A stretch of 63,687 nucleotides of DNA, filler included, from Octopus bimaculoides (lineage: Eukaryota): NCBI RefSeq assembly GCF_001194135.2. It is 10 parts of 10 records of this genome, joined end to end, with 100 filler letters (N's around TTAATTAATTAA, not from the genome) between each part and the next. Parts side by side here need not be neighbours in the genome. Positions count along the whole stretch, not along the records: positions 4,714 to 12,470 come from NC_068985.1; positions 12,571 to 29,690 come from NC_068990.1; 8 more parts are not named here. One strand, written 5' to 3'. Positions 11,921 to 25,208 of the stretch are shown here, piece after piece. The notes below the pieces were generated by a model, which saw nothing but the letters and a program-made list of their open reading frames with translations, was not told the DNA's origin and searched no databases. Positions within the stretch are counted from its first letter, which is position 1. Every line of letters begins with the position of its first letter. Both the position numbers and the translations under genes were made by a program.

Positions 11921-11949
11921 GTTACTCAAGAATTCGTCTTATATGTATG

Positions 11950-12110
11950 AAATGGTTTTCCGTCGGTTTCGACGACAACTATTTAGTTGTCGGATCTAAA
12001 CTTGCAGCTCAGTGAATATGTGTGCAAGTGGGTGAGTACCTACCTAACAATACCTCGAACTGAGACAGCATGATACAGAATGAGCCCAAGGCGTGCATTT
12101 GAATTACAGG
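11950..12110 (-). mobile_element. SINE family F3, degenerate 3' part
   Basis: ccgtcggtttcgacgac...gtgcaagtgggtgagtac...tttgaattacagg aligns by eye to 54965-55145. Confidence 0.55.
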
Positions 12111-12298
12111 AACAATTATGATTGAAGGATAGCCGCACAGTTCCCATCTACCCTAATTAAAACCACATGTAATGAAACCGTACCAGTTGTGTCCATAAAC
12201 GCAAACAGCGACACACATAGATTTACTACCGATCATATATACACATTTGCTTTTACGGTCGCTACGCACAAACGCAATAGTATATACCAATCTATCTG

Positions 12299-12374
<76 letters not shown>

Positions 12375-12986
12375 CGTTTTGGGATCGCTACTACTTTGTT
12401 ATCTCCCGTTCTTCTTACCTCTCCTGTGTGACCCTTCTGTCCGGTATTCGACATGATGCATCGCTGACACNNNNNNNNNNNNNNNNNNNNNNNNNNNNNN
12501 NNNNNNNNNNNNNNTTAATTAATTAANNNNNNNNNNNNNNNNNNNNNNNNNNNNNNNNNNNNNNNNNNNNTATATATATATGCATACATACATATATATA
12601 CACATATATAAATATAATATACATACACCATTTTAGTGAAGCTGAAGAGGCTTTATCATTTCAATAAAGAACTTGTTAAGTTTACATTTCATGCTTGAGC
12701 ATTGTAATTTCTCACCGTCTTTTGCACCTATGTACTCATATTTGTATGTGCAAACTTATATTGATGCTTTTAAAATTTATCAATGTATATGTATGTGCAT
12801 GTGTATATAAACATTCTGTTGGAAGTATTCTTTCACCATCCTTGTAATTTTCAAATAAAACTAATCTTAAAAAGTCTTTCTTCATTAACTACATCTATTT
12901 CACAATTGATGAATATATAGCAAATGATGTAACACATCAAATTACTGTAAGCAACGTAATCAGTATATGATATCTATCAATCCACA

Positions 12987-13042
<56 letters not shown>

Positions 13043-13063
13043 GATATATCTACCTACCGATGT

Positions 13064-13135
<72 letters not shown>

Positions 13136-13166
13136 GTATATGTATGTATATAAATAGACACACAGA

Positions 13167-13197
<31 letters not shown>

Positions 13198-13202
13198 GAA
13201 TG

Positions 13203-13276
13203 TAAACATAATTAAGGGATCAGCATGATCACTTAATTATGTTTATAGATGTATAAGAACTTTTAAATAAGTTCTT
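13203..13276. repeat. Two adjacent hairpins
   Basis: taaacataattaag/cttaattatgttta (14 bp) extended by gatca/tgatc, then aagaactt/aagttctt (8 bp). Confidence 0.8.
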
Positions 13277-13902
13277 CACCGATAATGGTGTTTACATNNN
13301 NNNNNNNTATATATATATATATATACATGCATATACATATGTAGTACAGAAGCATATATGTTACATTTTACAAGATTGGCGTTGTCATCTAAATTTCAGC
13401 TTCCATGCCTTTACCTCATAAAAGCAATGAAGGGAAAACTTTGAAGCCACTACTCATCATTGCCATGTAAAATTTTATAATACGCCCTCTACTAACATAT
13501 ATTGCATAAACTGTTGAATGTTACATTATTTGTACATATACCTTGAGAAAGTACCAAGCAATATGTATATGTTTATATATATGGATATGTATATATGCAT
13601 ATATACATATGTATTTATATGCATACAAACATACATATGTATAGAGATATATATACATACATCTATATATATATATATATATATATATGAATGTGTGTGT
13701 GTATAAATGTATGTATATTCTTTTATTCTTTTATACATTTCAGCCCTCAGGCTGTCGCCCTACTGGGGCAATGCCAGAGTAATCACCTTTTCAATGAACA
13801 ATTTCATGCGATTAGCTTTTGGTGAAGTAGAGAGTTCAATACGGCTGCAATCTTTTGAATCTCCTTCCTATATACTTACATACTTATATATATGTGTTTG
13901 TT

Positions 13903-13960
<58 letters not shown>

Positions 13961-14185
13961 TGTTTTAATGATAATTTGTTTACATATAAATATGTATATA
14001 TTTGTTTTTTATTTTTAGTTTCAGTTCAGTGGTACACCTTCATTCATCATTCTTTAATTGTTGACATTTGGTGAATGGGGAAGTTTGATGTTGCTGCCTC
14101 ACTCCCTCTGGCTGCTGTGAAGTTGGCTTATGGGTAGCTCTTGTTGTACATACAGATATTTATATTAATATATATATATACATAC

Positions 14186-14234
<49 letters not shown>

Positions 14235-15294
14235 TATATGTATATATATGTTTGTATATATCATATGTATATATGTATATATGTATGTATACTGAGAGAG
14301 AGGGAGATGGTGATAGAAAAATAATATATGTTAATATGAATATGTACTTATATAAAAATATAAACATGCATATCAACACAGACACACACACACATATATA
14401 TATGGTAGTTCTTATATAAATAATGTATTTTTGCTAGCACTTCCGTAAATATTTTAGTAATTATTAAGTTATGGTAAATATATATTCAAATTAATATTGA
14501 ATTATTTACTATTGTTAGAAGATAAAATTTTAATCAATTTCTTTTGCATGGGAACTAAATATTTGATGCAATACTTGACATCACATACCAGCACTTATAA
14601 TGGTAGATTAAAATATATGTGATGTAATCTTCCTTTTTCTGAAACACACACACATCCATCCACACACACACACATCCATCCACACACACACATTTATACA
14701 CACACATTTATACACACACAGACATACATATTTACATACACACACACACACACACATATATATTTTCATAAATACTACCTTCCCTTGTCAGTCATTAAGA
14801 TAGTGACTATTGAGTTGTTTTGACTCTTATTTCTAGTAATACTGGTACTAATTTGTATCCTCAGTCACTTAAGTGATGTCTATTAATTTGCTAAAAATAA
14901 TTTCTCCTTATGTATATATATTTGCAACACCTGAATTAATCAATGATGTGATTAATCAAATGAAACTTAATTATTTAAAAAACATAACCATATTTATGTT
15001 TATTGTGTGTTTGTGTATATGTATGCGAGTGGATGCATGTCTGGCTGAGTTTCTATGTATCCTCATATTGCTATATAATTTTAAACTGTCCCAGCTTATC
15101 AGTTGGTGCCCATGCATGTATAAACATGTGCCACTGAATTTCTCTCTTTCCTTTTCTCAGTACATACAAATATATACATATACATACATACACATATATA
15201 TATATATATGTTTGTGTGTGTATATATATATATATATATGTATGTGCATATATGTATGTGTATATATGTATGTGTATATATATATATATACATA

Positions 15295-15342
<48 letters not shown>

Positions 15343-15344
15343 TA

Positions 15345-15480
15345 TAGGGCAGGGAATAGTCAATTAGTAATAAAATTAATAATTAACAATTTTGCCAAGT
15401 AGTTCAGTATGAAAAACCTTTATTGGTAAAACCATTTATAATCATAAATATACAGGGATTAGCATGAGTTGCTTCTCCAA
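15345..15480 (+). mobile_element. Interspersed repeat, homologue of 9574-9724
   Basis: gggcagggaatagtcaattagtaataaaattaataattaacaattttgcc...tttataatcataaatatacagggatt. Confidence 0.7.
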
Positions 15481-15543
15481 CATACTGAGAATTTAGAAAT
15501 AGCAGTCAANNNNNNNNNNNNNNNNNNNNNNNNNNNNNNNNNN

Positions 15544-15612
<69 letters not shown>

Positions 15613-15613
<1 letters not shown>

Positions 15614-15870
15614 TCTTTAATTTTTTTCTCTTACATATTTCTGTCATTAGACTGTGGACAAGCTGGAGCACCACCTTGATGACTTTTAGTTGAACAAATC
15701 CACCACAACTTTTTTTGTTTTTGTAAGCCTGGTACTTATTCTATCATTCTCTTTGGCAGAACCAGTAAGTTAATGAGATGTAAACACACCCACTCTGGTA
15801 TTCAAAAGGTGGTGGTGGGCAGATACAAACACAAACACACACACACAGACATAGACACGCACACGAAGGG

Positions 15871-15914
<44 letters not shown>

Positions 15915-16175
15915 TATATATACATGTATATATATATAGGTCATGGGCCAACAGGTTTTTGGATGTGGCGATATGCCACACATACATTCCTTTATTCTTT
16001 TTCTTGTTTCTGTCATTTAACTGTGGCCATGATGGAGCACCACTTTTAGTCGAACAAATCGCCCCCAGAACTTATTCTTTGTAAGCCTAGTACTCATTAT
16101 ATCGATCTATTTTGATGAACTGTAAGATTACATGAATGTAAACACACCAACATCAGTTGTCAAGCAATGGTGGGT
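15613..16175 (-). mobile_element. Two SINE F1 tail fragments (15613-15830 and 15985-16175), CpG-depleted
   Basis: Reverse complement of the F1 tail (gcctggtacttattctatc; cttattctttgtaagcctagtactcatt), separated by microsatellite. Confidence 0.75.
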
Positions 16176-16232
16176 GGGTGGGGGTCAACAAACAATGACA
16201 CACAAATATATACATACATATATATATATATA

Positions 16233-17081
16233 CAGGATTGACCAAAAGTCACCTGACAGTAAATCAAATTTTCATAAATACTTAATATTCAGTTTTATTT
16301 ATTCATTTGGAAAAATCGTGTTGCTTAAGAAGGACTTCATTTTGAATAATTTTCATCATATTTCATAAACATAAGCAAATCTTGGAATTAGATGGTTTTA
16401 ATTTACTGTCAGGCAGTGGCAGCTCATAGATAAAATTAGTGGGGTGCTGCTTCAGAAAATTTTAACCTTTGTTTTAATATTGTGTAAAAGGAAACAAATA
16501 TATAAAAAGAACATTTATACATAAACTTCATTGGTTCATGTTTTAGCCAGGTAGAATGTTTAATTTGTTCACTGAATACCACTGCAAATTCCCCCTTGTT
16601 TTTCAAAATCCCCCCTAAATCAAAAATAAGTGTGGGTGGGAGGGGGGAATGTGTCCTATTTTTCAAATCCTGGCAGTAACACTGAAGCTGGAAGCAGGAT
16701 AATAATCTAATTCTTCACTTCATCACATTCAAGAATATAAACATGTTTTTAAAGCACAACACACGCGGAGTCAAAAAGAAACACTACCTTTCACCTGCCA
16801 CTGTCGTTCACACAGTGCTCTCTCTCCCTAGTGTGAAGCTTCCTATCTTGGACATGTGAGTATGTGCACAACAGCCAAACACTGCATTGCTGGAACTGTG
16901 AAATGCACAGTTCTATACAAGGATTTTTGTATTTTTTTCATAAACTAGGGGATGGCTAAGGATTATATAATGTAAAGAATAAAGAAAGAATTAAAGAAAA
17001 AGTGGAAATAGGGGATGCTGCAGTTCTGCTGTTCCTATACATGGGCCACCACAACTGTAATGTGACTTTTGGTCAACCTTG
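16233..17081. mobile_element. Non-autonomous Tc1/mariner-type TIR element (~850 bp)
   Basis: Left CAGGATTGACCAAAAGTCACCTGACAGT versus right reverse complement CAAGGTTGACCAAAAGTCACATTACAGT (24/28); TA on both sides (16231-32, 17082-83); the cctgacagtaa motif recurs internally (16401-16413 inverted, ~16669 direct). Confidence 0.7.
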
Positions 17082-17099
17082 TATATATGATGAATTTTT

Positions 17100-17247
17100 T
17101 TTCAGTTTTCATCTTCTAAATCCACTCAGAAGGATTTGGTTGGCTGGAGGCTTTAGCAGAAGACACTTGTCCAAGGTGCCACACAGTGGGACTGAATCCA
17201 GATCCATGTGGCTGGAAAGCTAACATCTTACCACACAGCCACTCCTA
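17100..17247 (-). mobile_element. SINE family F1, head
   Basis: gacacttgtccaaggtgccacacagtgggactgaatcc...cttaccacacagccactcct is the reverse complement of the F1 tRNA-like head. Confidence 0.75.
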
Positions 17248-17545
17248 ATATGTAGATAAATATATAGAGATATACACATATATACATGCATAAATATATT
17301 TACATGCATATATAATATCCATTTATATATATACATATGTGTGTGTGTGTGTGTACAGAGAGAGAGAGAGAGAGAGAGTGGGATTCGCACATGTATGCTC
17401 ACTCATATTATGTAAGTGTACAACAGCAAACACAGAAACGTATCCACTGCATATATTGGCTTCTTAAGTATGTAGAGAAGACTGTATGAATTAAAATTTC
17501 ACGTTTCCAAACTTAAGACAGACTTGATCTCTCTCTCCTTTTCTC

Positions 17546-17602
<57 letters not shown>

Positions 17603-18343
17603 NNNNNNNNNNNNNNNNNNNNNNNNNNNNNNNNNNNNNNNNNNNNNNNNNNNNNNNNNNNNNNNNNNNNNNNNNNNNNNNNNNNNNNNNNNNNNNNNNN
17701 NNNNNNNNNNNNNNNNNNNNNNNNNNNNNNNNNNNNNNNNNNNNNNNNNNNNNNNNNNNNNNNNNNNNNNNNNNNNNNNNNNNNNNNNNNNNNNNNNNNN
17801 NNNNNNNNNNNNNNNNNNNNNNNNNNNNNNNNNNNNNNNNNNNNNNNNNNNNNNNNNNNNNNNNNNNNNNNNNNNNNNNNNNNNNNNNNNNNNNNNNNNN
17901 NNNNNNNNNNNNNNNNNNNNNNNNNNNNNNNNNNNNNNNNNNNNNNNNNNNNNNNNNNNNNNNNNNNNNNNNNNNNNNNNNNNNNNNNNNNNNNNNNNNN
18001 NNNNNNNNNNNNNNNNNNNNNNNNNNNNNNNNNNNNNNNNNNNNNNNNNNNNNNNNNNNNNNNNNNNNNNNNNNNNNNNNNNNNNNNNNNNNNNNNNNNN
18101 NNNNNNNNNNNNNNNNNNNNNNNNNNNNNNNNNNNNNNNNNNNNNNNNNNNNNNNNNNNNNNNNNNNNNNNNNNNNNNNNNNNNNNNNNNNNNNNNNNNN
18201 NNNNNNNNNNNNNNNNNNNNNNNNNNNNNNNNNNNNNNNNNNNNNNNNNNNNNNNNNNNNNNNNNNNNNNNNNNNNNNNNNNNNNNNNNNNNNNNNNNNN
18301 NNNNNNNNNNNNNNNNNNNNNNNNNNNNNNNNNNNNNNNNNNN

Positions 18344-18379
<36 letters not shown>

Positions 18380-18384
<5 letters not shown>

Positions 18385-18585
18385 CGATGTACTTGCATAG
18401 CAAGTGACTTGATCTGAGATTGTGTGCTGAAACAAAATCAATTGTAGCATGGAAGGTGTATATAAGTCATTTCAAAAACACACAAAAAAATGTTAGATTC
18501 ACTTAAACATCTAAATTTAATTTGCCAAAATATTTTCATTGCTTTGAGACCACAACCTGGTCACTGACAAAATTCTGTGCTGCAT
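18380..18585 (-). mobile_element. Repeat family F4, CpG-decayed copy
   Basis: Colinear with 4400-4613; hammerhead-like region 18521-18571 with core GTGACCA. Confidence 0.8.
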
Positions 18586-18594
18586 CTATATATA

Positions 18595-18798
18595 TGTATG
18601 CATTTGTGGGTCTGTGTTTACCTCTCCATCGATGTTGGTGTGTTTACTTCACTGTAACTTAGCAGTTCGGCAAAAGAGATTCATAGTATAACTACTAGAC
18701 TTACGAAGCATGAGAACTAGGGTTGATTTGTTCAAGTAAAGGTGATGCTCCAGCATGGCTGCAGTCAAATGACTGGAACAAGTAACAGAATAAAGGAA
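18595..18798 (+). mobile_element. SINE family F1, tail
   Basis: gtaacttagcagttcggcaaaagaga...gctccagcatggctgcagtcaaatgactggaacaagtaacagaataaa. Confidence 0.8.
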
Positions 18799-18943
18799 TA
18801 TATATATATTATTTTGCAAGATTCCTGAGGTGAAATCATGTATTAAAACAGATACTGTTGTATTTCGGGATGGTCATGTTTTTTCTGGCGAAAAGAAAAA
18901 CAACAATCCCGAAATACAATATTATATATATATATATATAAAT

Positions 18944-18975
<32 letters not shown>

Positions 18976-19188
18976 GATTAGAGGTTATGTTAGCCTCATG
19001 AAGGGATGATGTTATTCAAGGAATACTGGTTCAACTATTTGGGGGAGTTAATTGCCTTAAAATAATTGGTATATATGTATAGAACCATATAGTTTATATA
19101 CATATAAAAGAAGAAAAAGAAAATGGATTTTGAGAAGTTAATAATTGTTTATTATTAACAAATCGATCATCATCCCTATATATATATG

Positions 19189-19236
<48 letters not shown>

Positions 19237-19954
19237 NNNNNNNNNNNNNNNNNNNNNNNNNNNNNNNNNNNNNNNNNNNNNNNNNNNNNNNNNNNNNNNN
19301 NNNNNNNNNNNNNNNNNNNNNNNNNNNNNNNNNNNNNNNNNNNNNNNNNNNNNNNNNNNNNNNNNNNNNNNNNNNNNNNNNNNNNNNNNNNNNNNNNNNN
19401 NNNNNNNNNNNNNNNNNNNNNNNNNNNNNNNNNNNNNNNNNNNNNNNNNNNNNNNNNNNNNNNNNNNNNNNNNNNNNNNNNNNNNNNNNNNNNNNNNNNN
19501 NNNNNNNNNNNNNNNNNNNNNNNNNNNNNNNNNNNNNNNNNNNNNNNNNNNNNNNNNNNNNNNNNNNNNNNNNNNNNNNNNNNNNNNNNNNNNNNNNNNN
19601 NNNNNNNNNNNNNNNNNNNNNNNNNNNNNNNNNNNNNNNNNNNNNNNNNNNNNNNNNNNNNNNNNNNNNNNNNNNNNNNNNNNNNNNNNNNNNNNNNNNN
19701 NNNNNNNNNNNNNNNNNNNNNNNNNNNNNNNNNNNNNNNNNNNNNNNNNNNNNNNNNNNNNNNNNNNNNNNNNNNNNNNNNNNNNNNNNNNNNNNNNNNN
19801 NNNNNNNNNNNNNNNNNNNNNNNNNNNNNNNNNNNNNNNNNNNNNNNNNNNNNNNNNNNNNNNNNNNNNNNNNNNNNNNNNNNNNNNNNNNNNNNNNNNN
19901 NNNNNNNNNNNNNNNNNNNNNNNNNNNNNNNNNNNNNNNNNNNNNNNNNNNNNN

Positions 19955-20009
<55 letters not shown>

Positions 20010-20124
20010 TATATGTATATACATGTATATGAATATATGTATATATATATATATGTGTGTGTATATATGTATCTATATATATGTATATATGTTTATATAT
20101 ATATATACATATATGTACATATAT

Positions 20125-20162
<38 letters not shown>

Positions 20163-21004
20163 ATGTGTATTTTTTGTCTCTACATAGATATAAATGAATG
20201 GATATGCATAAGAAAGTTTGAAACATCTGAACATTAGACATGTAGTGATATATAATGATTTATAAGTAATATGAAATAAACTTTAATTTTTATATCCATT
20301 TATATATAAACAACACCCACTACTACACTCTCTCTCTTTCTCTCTCTCTCACACACACACACACAGTTATAATCAGACAACAAAGGCTAGATATTTATGT
20401 ATATTCATATACATGTAAATTGAAATACATATCACTATATATTTCCATGTATGTGAATACATTTATAACTATGTATGTTTATACATATTATGACATATAT
20501 ATTTTTATGTTATACGTATAATCTCACCCATGCCAGCACGAATTATTGATGCTAAATGATGATGATACGAAGATGATGTTTATAAATACATCTGTGTGCA
20601 GTTGTACATATCCGACTTTATATATATATATTTTTATGTCATAGGATATTCTATATTAGAGTTGATGCTATATGCCTGAATGCATCTGAAATTTACAATT
20701 ATATTTAATATCATGCTATTTATGTCTAATATTAACAGCATACTTTACATATAATTTGAATATTTATGCATATTCCAAGCTTATGAAAATTGTGAACGCG
20801 TTCATATAGTTCTAATTTACGGAAGTATGCAAACATACACACACATAGATACATATGAACAAATTTTACATTTTAAATTTATTCACATATGTGTCATATA
20901 AATGTATAAAATGAATTTTAACATACAATTTACATTAATAGATATTATATTTATTTAGACATGCCCACATGTAAATACTCAGTTTCATATATGAGTGTGT
21001 GTAG

Positions 21005-21071
<67 letters not shown>

Positions 21072-22047
21072 GTATATATACATATTTATATATGTATGTA
21101 TATATANNNNNNNNNNNNNNNNNNNNNNNNNNNNNNNNNNNNNNNNNNNNNNNNNNNNNNNNNNNNNNNNNNNNNNNNNNNNNNNNNNNNNNNNNNNNNN
21201 NNNNNNNNNNNNNNNNNNNNNNNNNNNNNNNNNNNNNNNNNNNNNNNNNNNNNNNNNNNNNNNNNNNNNNNNNNNNNNNNNNNNNNNNNNNNNNNNNNNN
21301 NNNNNNNNNNNNNNNNNNNNNNNNNNNNNNNNNNNNNNNNNNNNNNNNNNNNNNNNNNNNNNNNNNNNNNNNNNNNNNNNNNNNNNNNNNNNNNNNNNNN
21401 NNNNNNNNNNNNNNNNNNNNNNNNNNNNNNNNNNNNNNNNNNNNNNNNNNNNNNNNNNNNNNNNNNNNNNNNNNNNNNNNNNNNNNNNNNNNNNNNNNNN
21501 NNNNNNNNNNNNNNNNNNNNNNNNNNNNNNNNNNNNNNNNNNNNNNNNNNNNNNNNNNNNNNNNNNNNNNNNNNNNNNNNNNNNNNNNNNNNNNNNNNNN
21601 NNNNNNNNNNNNNNNNNNNNNNNNNNNNNNNNNNNNNNNNNNNNNNNNNNNNNNNNNNNNNNNNNNNNNNNNNNNNNNNNNNNNNNNNNNNNNNNNNNNN
21701 NNNNNNNNNNNNNNNNNNNNNNNNNNNNNNNNNNNNNNNNNNNNNNNNNNNNNNNNNNNNNNNNNNNNNNNNNNNNNNNNNNNNNNNNNNNNNNNNNNNN
21801 NNNNNNNNNNNNNNNNNNNNNNNNNNNNNNNNNNNNNNNNNNNNNNNNNNNNNNNNNNNNNNNNNNNNNNNNNNNNNNNNNNNNNNNNNNNNNNNNNNNN
21901 NNNNNNNNNNNNNNNNNNNNNNNNNNNNNNNNNNNTAACAACCTTGGTACTTACAGGAATTCTTTGCTACCCTGGTATCTGTTTATTTATTTTTTCCATG
22001 TTATTTGAACACATTGCAAAAATGCACATACATTTATATATATATAT

Positions 22048-22089
<42 letters not shown>

Positions 22090-22119
<30 letters not shown>

Positions 22120-22530
22120 ACGTTTAACATCCGCTTTCCATGCTGGAGGTTTGATTGGAGACTAGTGAGCCAGATGGCTGCACCAGGCTCCAGTCTGGTC
22201 TGGCAGAGTTTCTACGCTGGATGCTCTTCCTAACACCAACCACTCCAAGAGTGTAGTGGGTGCTTTTACGAGACACCAGCATGAGGGACAGTCAGGCGGT
22301 ATTGGCAGCGGCCATGCTCAAATGGTGCTTTCCACGTACCACCGCCACAAGTGCCAGTAAGGTGATGTTGGTAACGATCACGCTCGAATGGTACTTTTTA
22401 TGTGCTACTGGCATGGGTGCCACGCAGCGGCCCTGGCCATATTCACGCTCAGATGGTGCTCTTAGCGCTCCACTAGCATGGGTGCCAGTGTGCCTCGAAA
22501 GTTACCTGCATACGGCAGAGGTCAAGCATT
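22090..22530 (-). mobile_element. RTE-type retrotransposon 3' UTR with (GAT)n tail and internal ~65-bp repeats
   Basis: (cat)n then aacgtttaacatccgctttccatgc...ggatgctcttcctaacaccaacc, a motif I recall from RTE 3' ends; shares cagtcaggcggta(c/t)tg with 62520-62536, next to an RTE 3' UTR piece. Confidence 0.65.
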
Positions 22531-22934
22531 AGAGAACACCGAGCTCAACTGACCCCTTCCTGTGGGTCCTCCACTGACACTAGGTGGTAGCGGCGATCAT
22601 ACATCCTAGCCCGCACGTTAGCGGGGTGGGGGCCTGCTTGTAGGCAATGGCATACCTTAGACGGCGCAATGGCCCCGTCCATGGTAAAAAATGGGACCAG
22701 CTTCATTCTTTGCATGTGTGCCTTAGACTCAGCTATAGTGTAGCGTGAACGACCAGATGTCTGTATTTATATGTAGGTGAAGATGAGGTCAGTCCTCGCT
22801 GCCCCCTTCAGTACTGGCCTCTATGTAATCAACTGTCATCCTCCCGCTAAATTTGAGGCCTTGCACCAATTGTAGAAAGAATGTGTGTGTGCGTGTGTGT
22901 GTGTGGGGGGGCATGTGAGGGTGTATGTGTGTGT

Positions 22935-23152
22935 GTGACTTTGTGTCTGTGTTTGTCCATTACTGCTTCAAAAATTAGTATTGGTATATTTACATTTTTG
23001 TAACTTAGAGGTTCAGCAAATGAAACAATAAAATAAGTACCAGGCTTAAATAAGTGAAAAGAAAGTACTGGGGTTGATTTTTGTGACTAATATTCAAGGC
23101 AGTGCCCGACCGTTGCCACAGTTTAACGAGTGAAACAAGTCAAAGATAAAAG
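22935..23152 (+). mobile_element. SINE family F1, tail (CpG-depleted)
   Basis: gtaacttagaggttcagcaaa...aataagtaccaggctt...gaaacaagtcaaagataaaa. Confidence 0.7.
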
Positions 23153-23435
23153 GTAGCTATATGTATATCATAAACAACATACATCGTTGATATGCAAGCT
23201 AATGTGCTATTCATCTGAGATAACATCTCTTACGGACAAGCTGTGCTTAACACACAAAATTTATATAATCTTTTAAACAGTGGTTAGCACCAATGCCAGA
23301 CATACATTGAATTTGTTAAGCCTTGTCAATGATGTGTACTCACACCCATATGCCTAGATAAAATCTTTCACTTTGTATGTATAGAAAATGGAATAAAACA
23401 TTCACTGATATTGCAAATAGCTGTCTGTCTGAATG

Positions 23436-23491
<56 letters not shown>

Positions 23492-23649
23492 TAAATATAC
23501 ATACATACACACAGATACACATATATACACATGTGTATAGAAATATATACACCTATCTGTATGCAGGTGAATTTGTATTTATACATGTACTTCTGCGTGT
23601 TTGTGTGGTGTGTGTGTGTTTGTGTGTGTATATATATATATATACACAT

Positions 23650-23827
23650 AGGTAGAGGTGTAGCTGTGTGATAAGAAGCTTACTTTCCAACCACATGGTT
23701 CCAGGTTCAGTCCCACTGCATGGCACNNNNNNNNNNNNNNNNNNNNNNNNNNNNNNNNNNNNNNNNNNNNNNNNNNNNNNNNNNNNNNNNNNNNNNNNNN
23801 NNNNNNNNNNNNNNNNNNNNNNNNNNN

Positions 23828-23873
<46 letters not shown>

Positions 23874-24128
23874 AGATATATATATATATAAACAGATATA
23901 TATGTGCATATGACTATGTGTGTGTCGTTGTATCTGTTTGTTCCCGCCATTGCTTGACAACTGGTGTTGGTGTGTTTACGTCCCTGTAATTCAGCAGTTT
24001 GGCAATAGAGATGGATAGAATAAATACCAGACTTTAAAAAAATGTCCTTAGTCCAATTTATTTGACTAAAACCTTTCACGGTCGTGCCTCATTATGGTCA
24101 AATGACTGAAACAAGTAAAAGATAAAAG
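23650..24128 (+). mobile_element. SINE family F1, full length (gap inside)
   Basis: Head ccaaccacatggttccaggttcagtcccactgcatggcac, then N and (TA)n, then tail ending gactgaaacaagtaaaagataaaag. Confidence 0.8.
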
Positions 24129-24169
24129 ATATGTATATATACATATATCCATTTATATCTATATATATT

Positions 24170-24393
24170 TTAATGCCCACAGGGGGCTAAACATAGAGGG
24201 GACAAACAAGGACAGACAAAGGGATTAAGTTGAATACCTCGACCTCAGTGCATAACTGGTACTTATTTAATCCACCCCCAAAGGATGAAAGGCAAATTTG
24301 ACCTCAGAGGAATTTGAACTCAGAACGTAATGGCAGATGAAATAGCACTACGCATTTCACCCTGCATGCTAATGATTCTGTCAGCTCACCACC
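24170..24393 (-). mobile_element. SINE family F2 (tail type A), CpG-depleted
   Basis: gcccacagggggctaaacatagaggggacaaacaaggacagac tail plus core and head; colinear with 34960-35178. Confidence 0.85.
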
Positions 24394-25125
24394 ATTATAA
24401 ATAAATAAATAAATATGTATGTGTGTATGTATGTATGTATGTCCGTCTGTATGTATGTATATTTAAATCAGCCACTAGGTTTGAATTTAAGTTCCATTGA
24501 ACTCTACTGTCCATTGAACTCTACTGTTAATAAATTTGTTCATCTTAATAGTATAGCATCTTCAATCAGTAAATACCACTGAAAACGTTTTGTTCACTCA
24601 CAACGCTAAATGTTAGATCTACATCTATGTTTCCATCTTGCAATCTATGTAATTGTTTGTCTCTCTGTTTATCTATCTATTTAACACTTTTAATATCAAC
24701 TCACTTAAGACTGATCCCAGTTCTATTACGCAAATTTTCTGCTTCAACGTGATCTAATTGAAAACATTGCATCAAAATTATATGTTTCTTTGCTCCAAAC
24801 CCCTTCTCAATAATGGCAAGTTATTTCAATAAATTCTTCGTTATTTTTGAGAATAACTGAAACAAAGACAGTGTATTTTAACAAAAATATGTTCACAAAT
24901 GCATTAATTATAACAGATAACTTAGAGTTTTGGCCAAAGATTGGGCTAGGTCATGTCTAACGTAATAGCACCACCTCATAGGATCTGTTGAATCATTTTC
25001 AAAACGAGTTCTGTGGTATAATGGCCCATTCAAGTAGGGAGATGCTGTTGACGAAATTATCTGTTGGTCTGTCTATCAATATACTTTTCACTCTCTCTTT
25101 CTCTTGCTCTCTCTCTCTCTCTCCC

Positions 25126-25176
<51 letters not shown>

Positions 25177-25208
25177 AATTAAATCCAATACAATATATAT
25201 ATATATAT

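Noticed and set aside
13707-13870. Apparent acceptor (ttcttttattcttttatacatttcag) and open frame ALRLSPYWGNARV...
   Set aside because: The pyrimidine tract and next 30 bp match the reverse complement of an F1-type SINE tail; no donor site and no recognisable protein.
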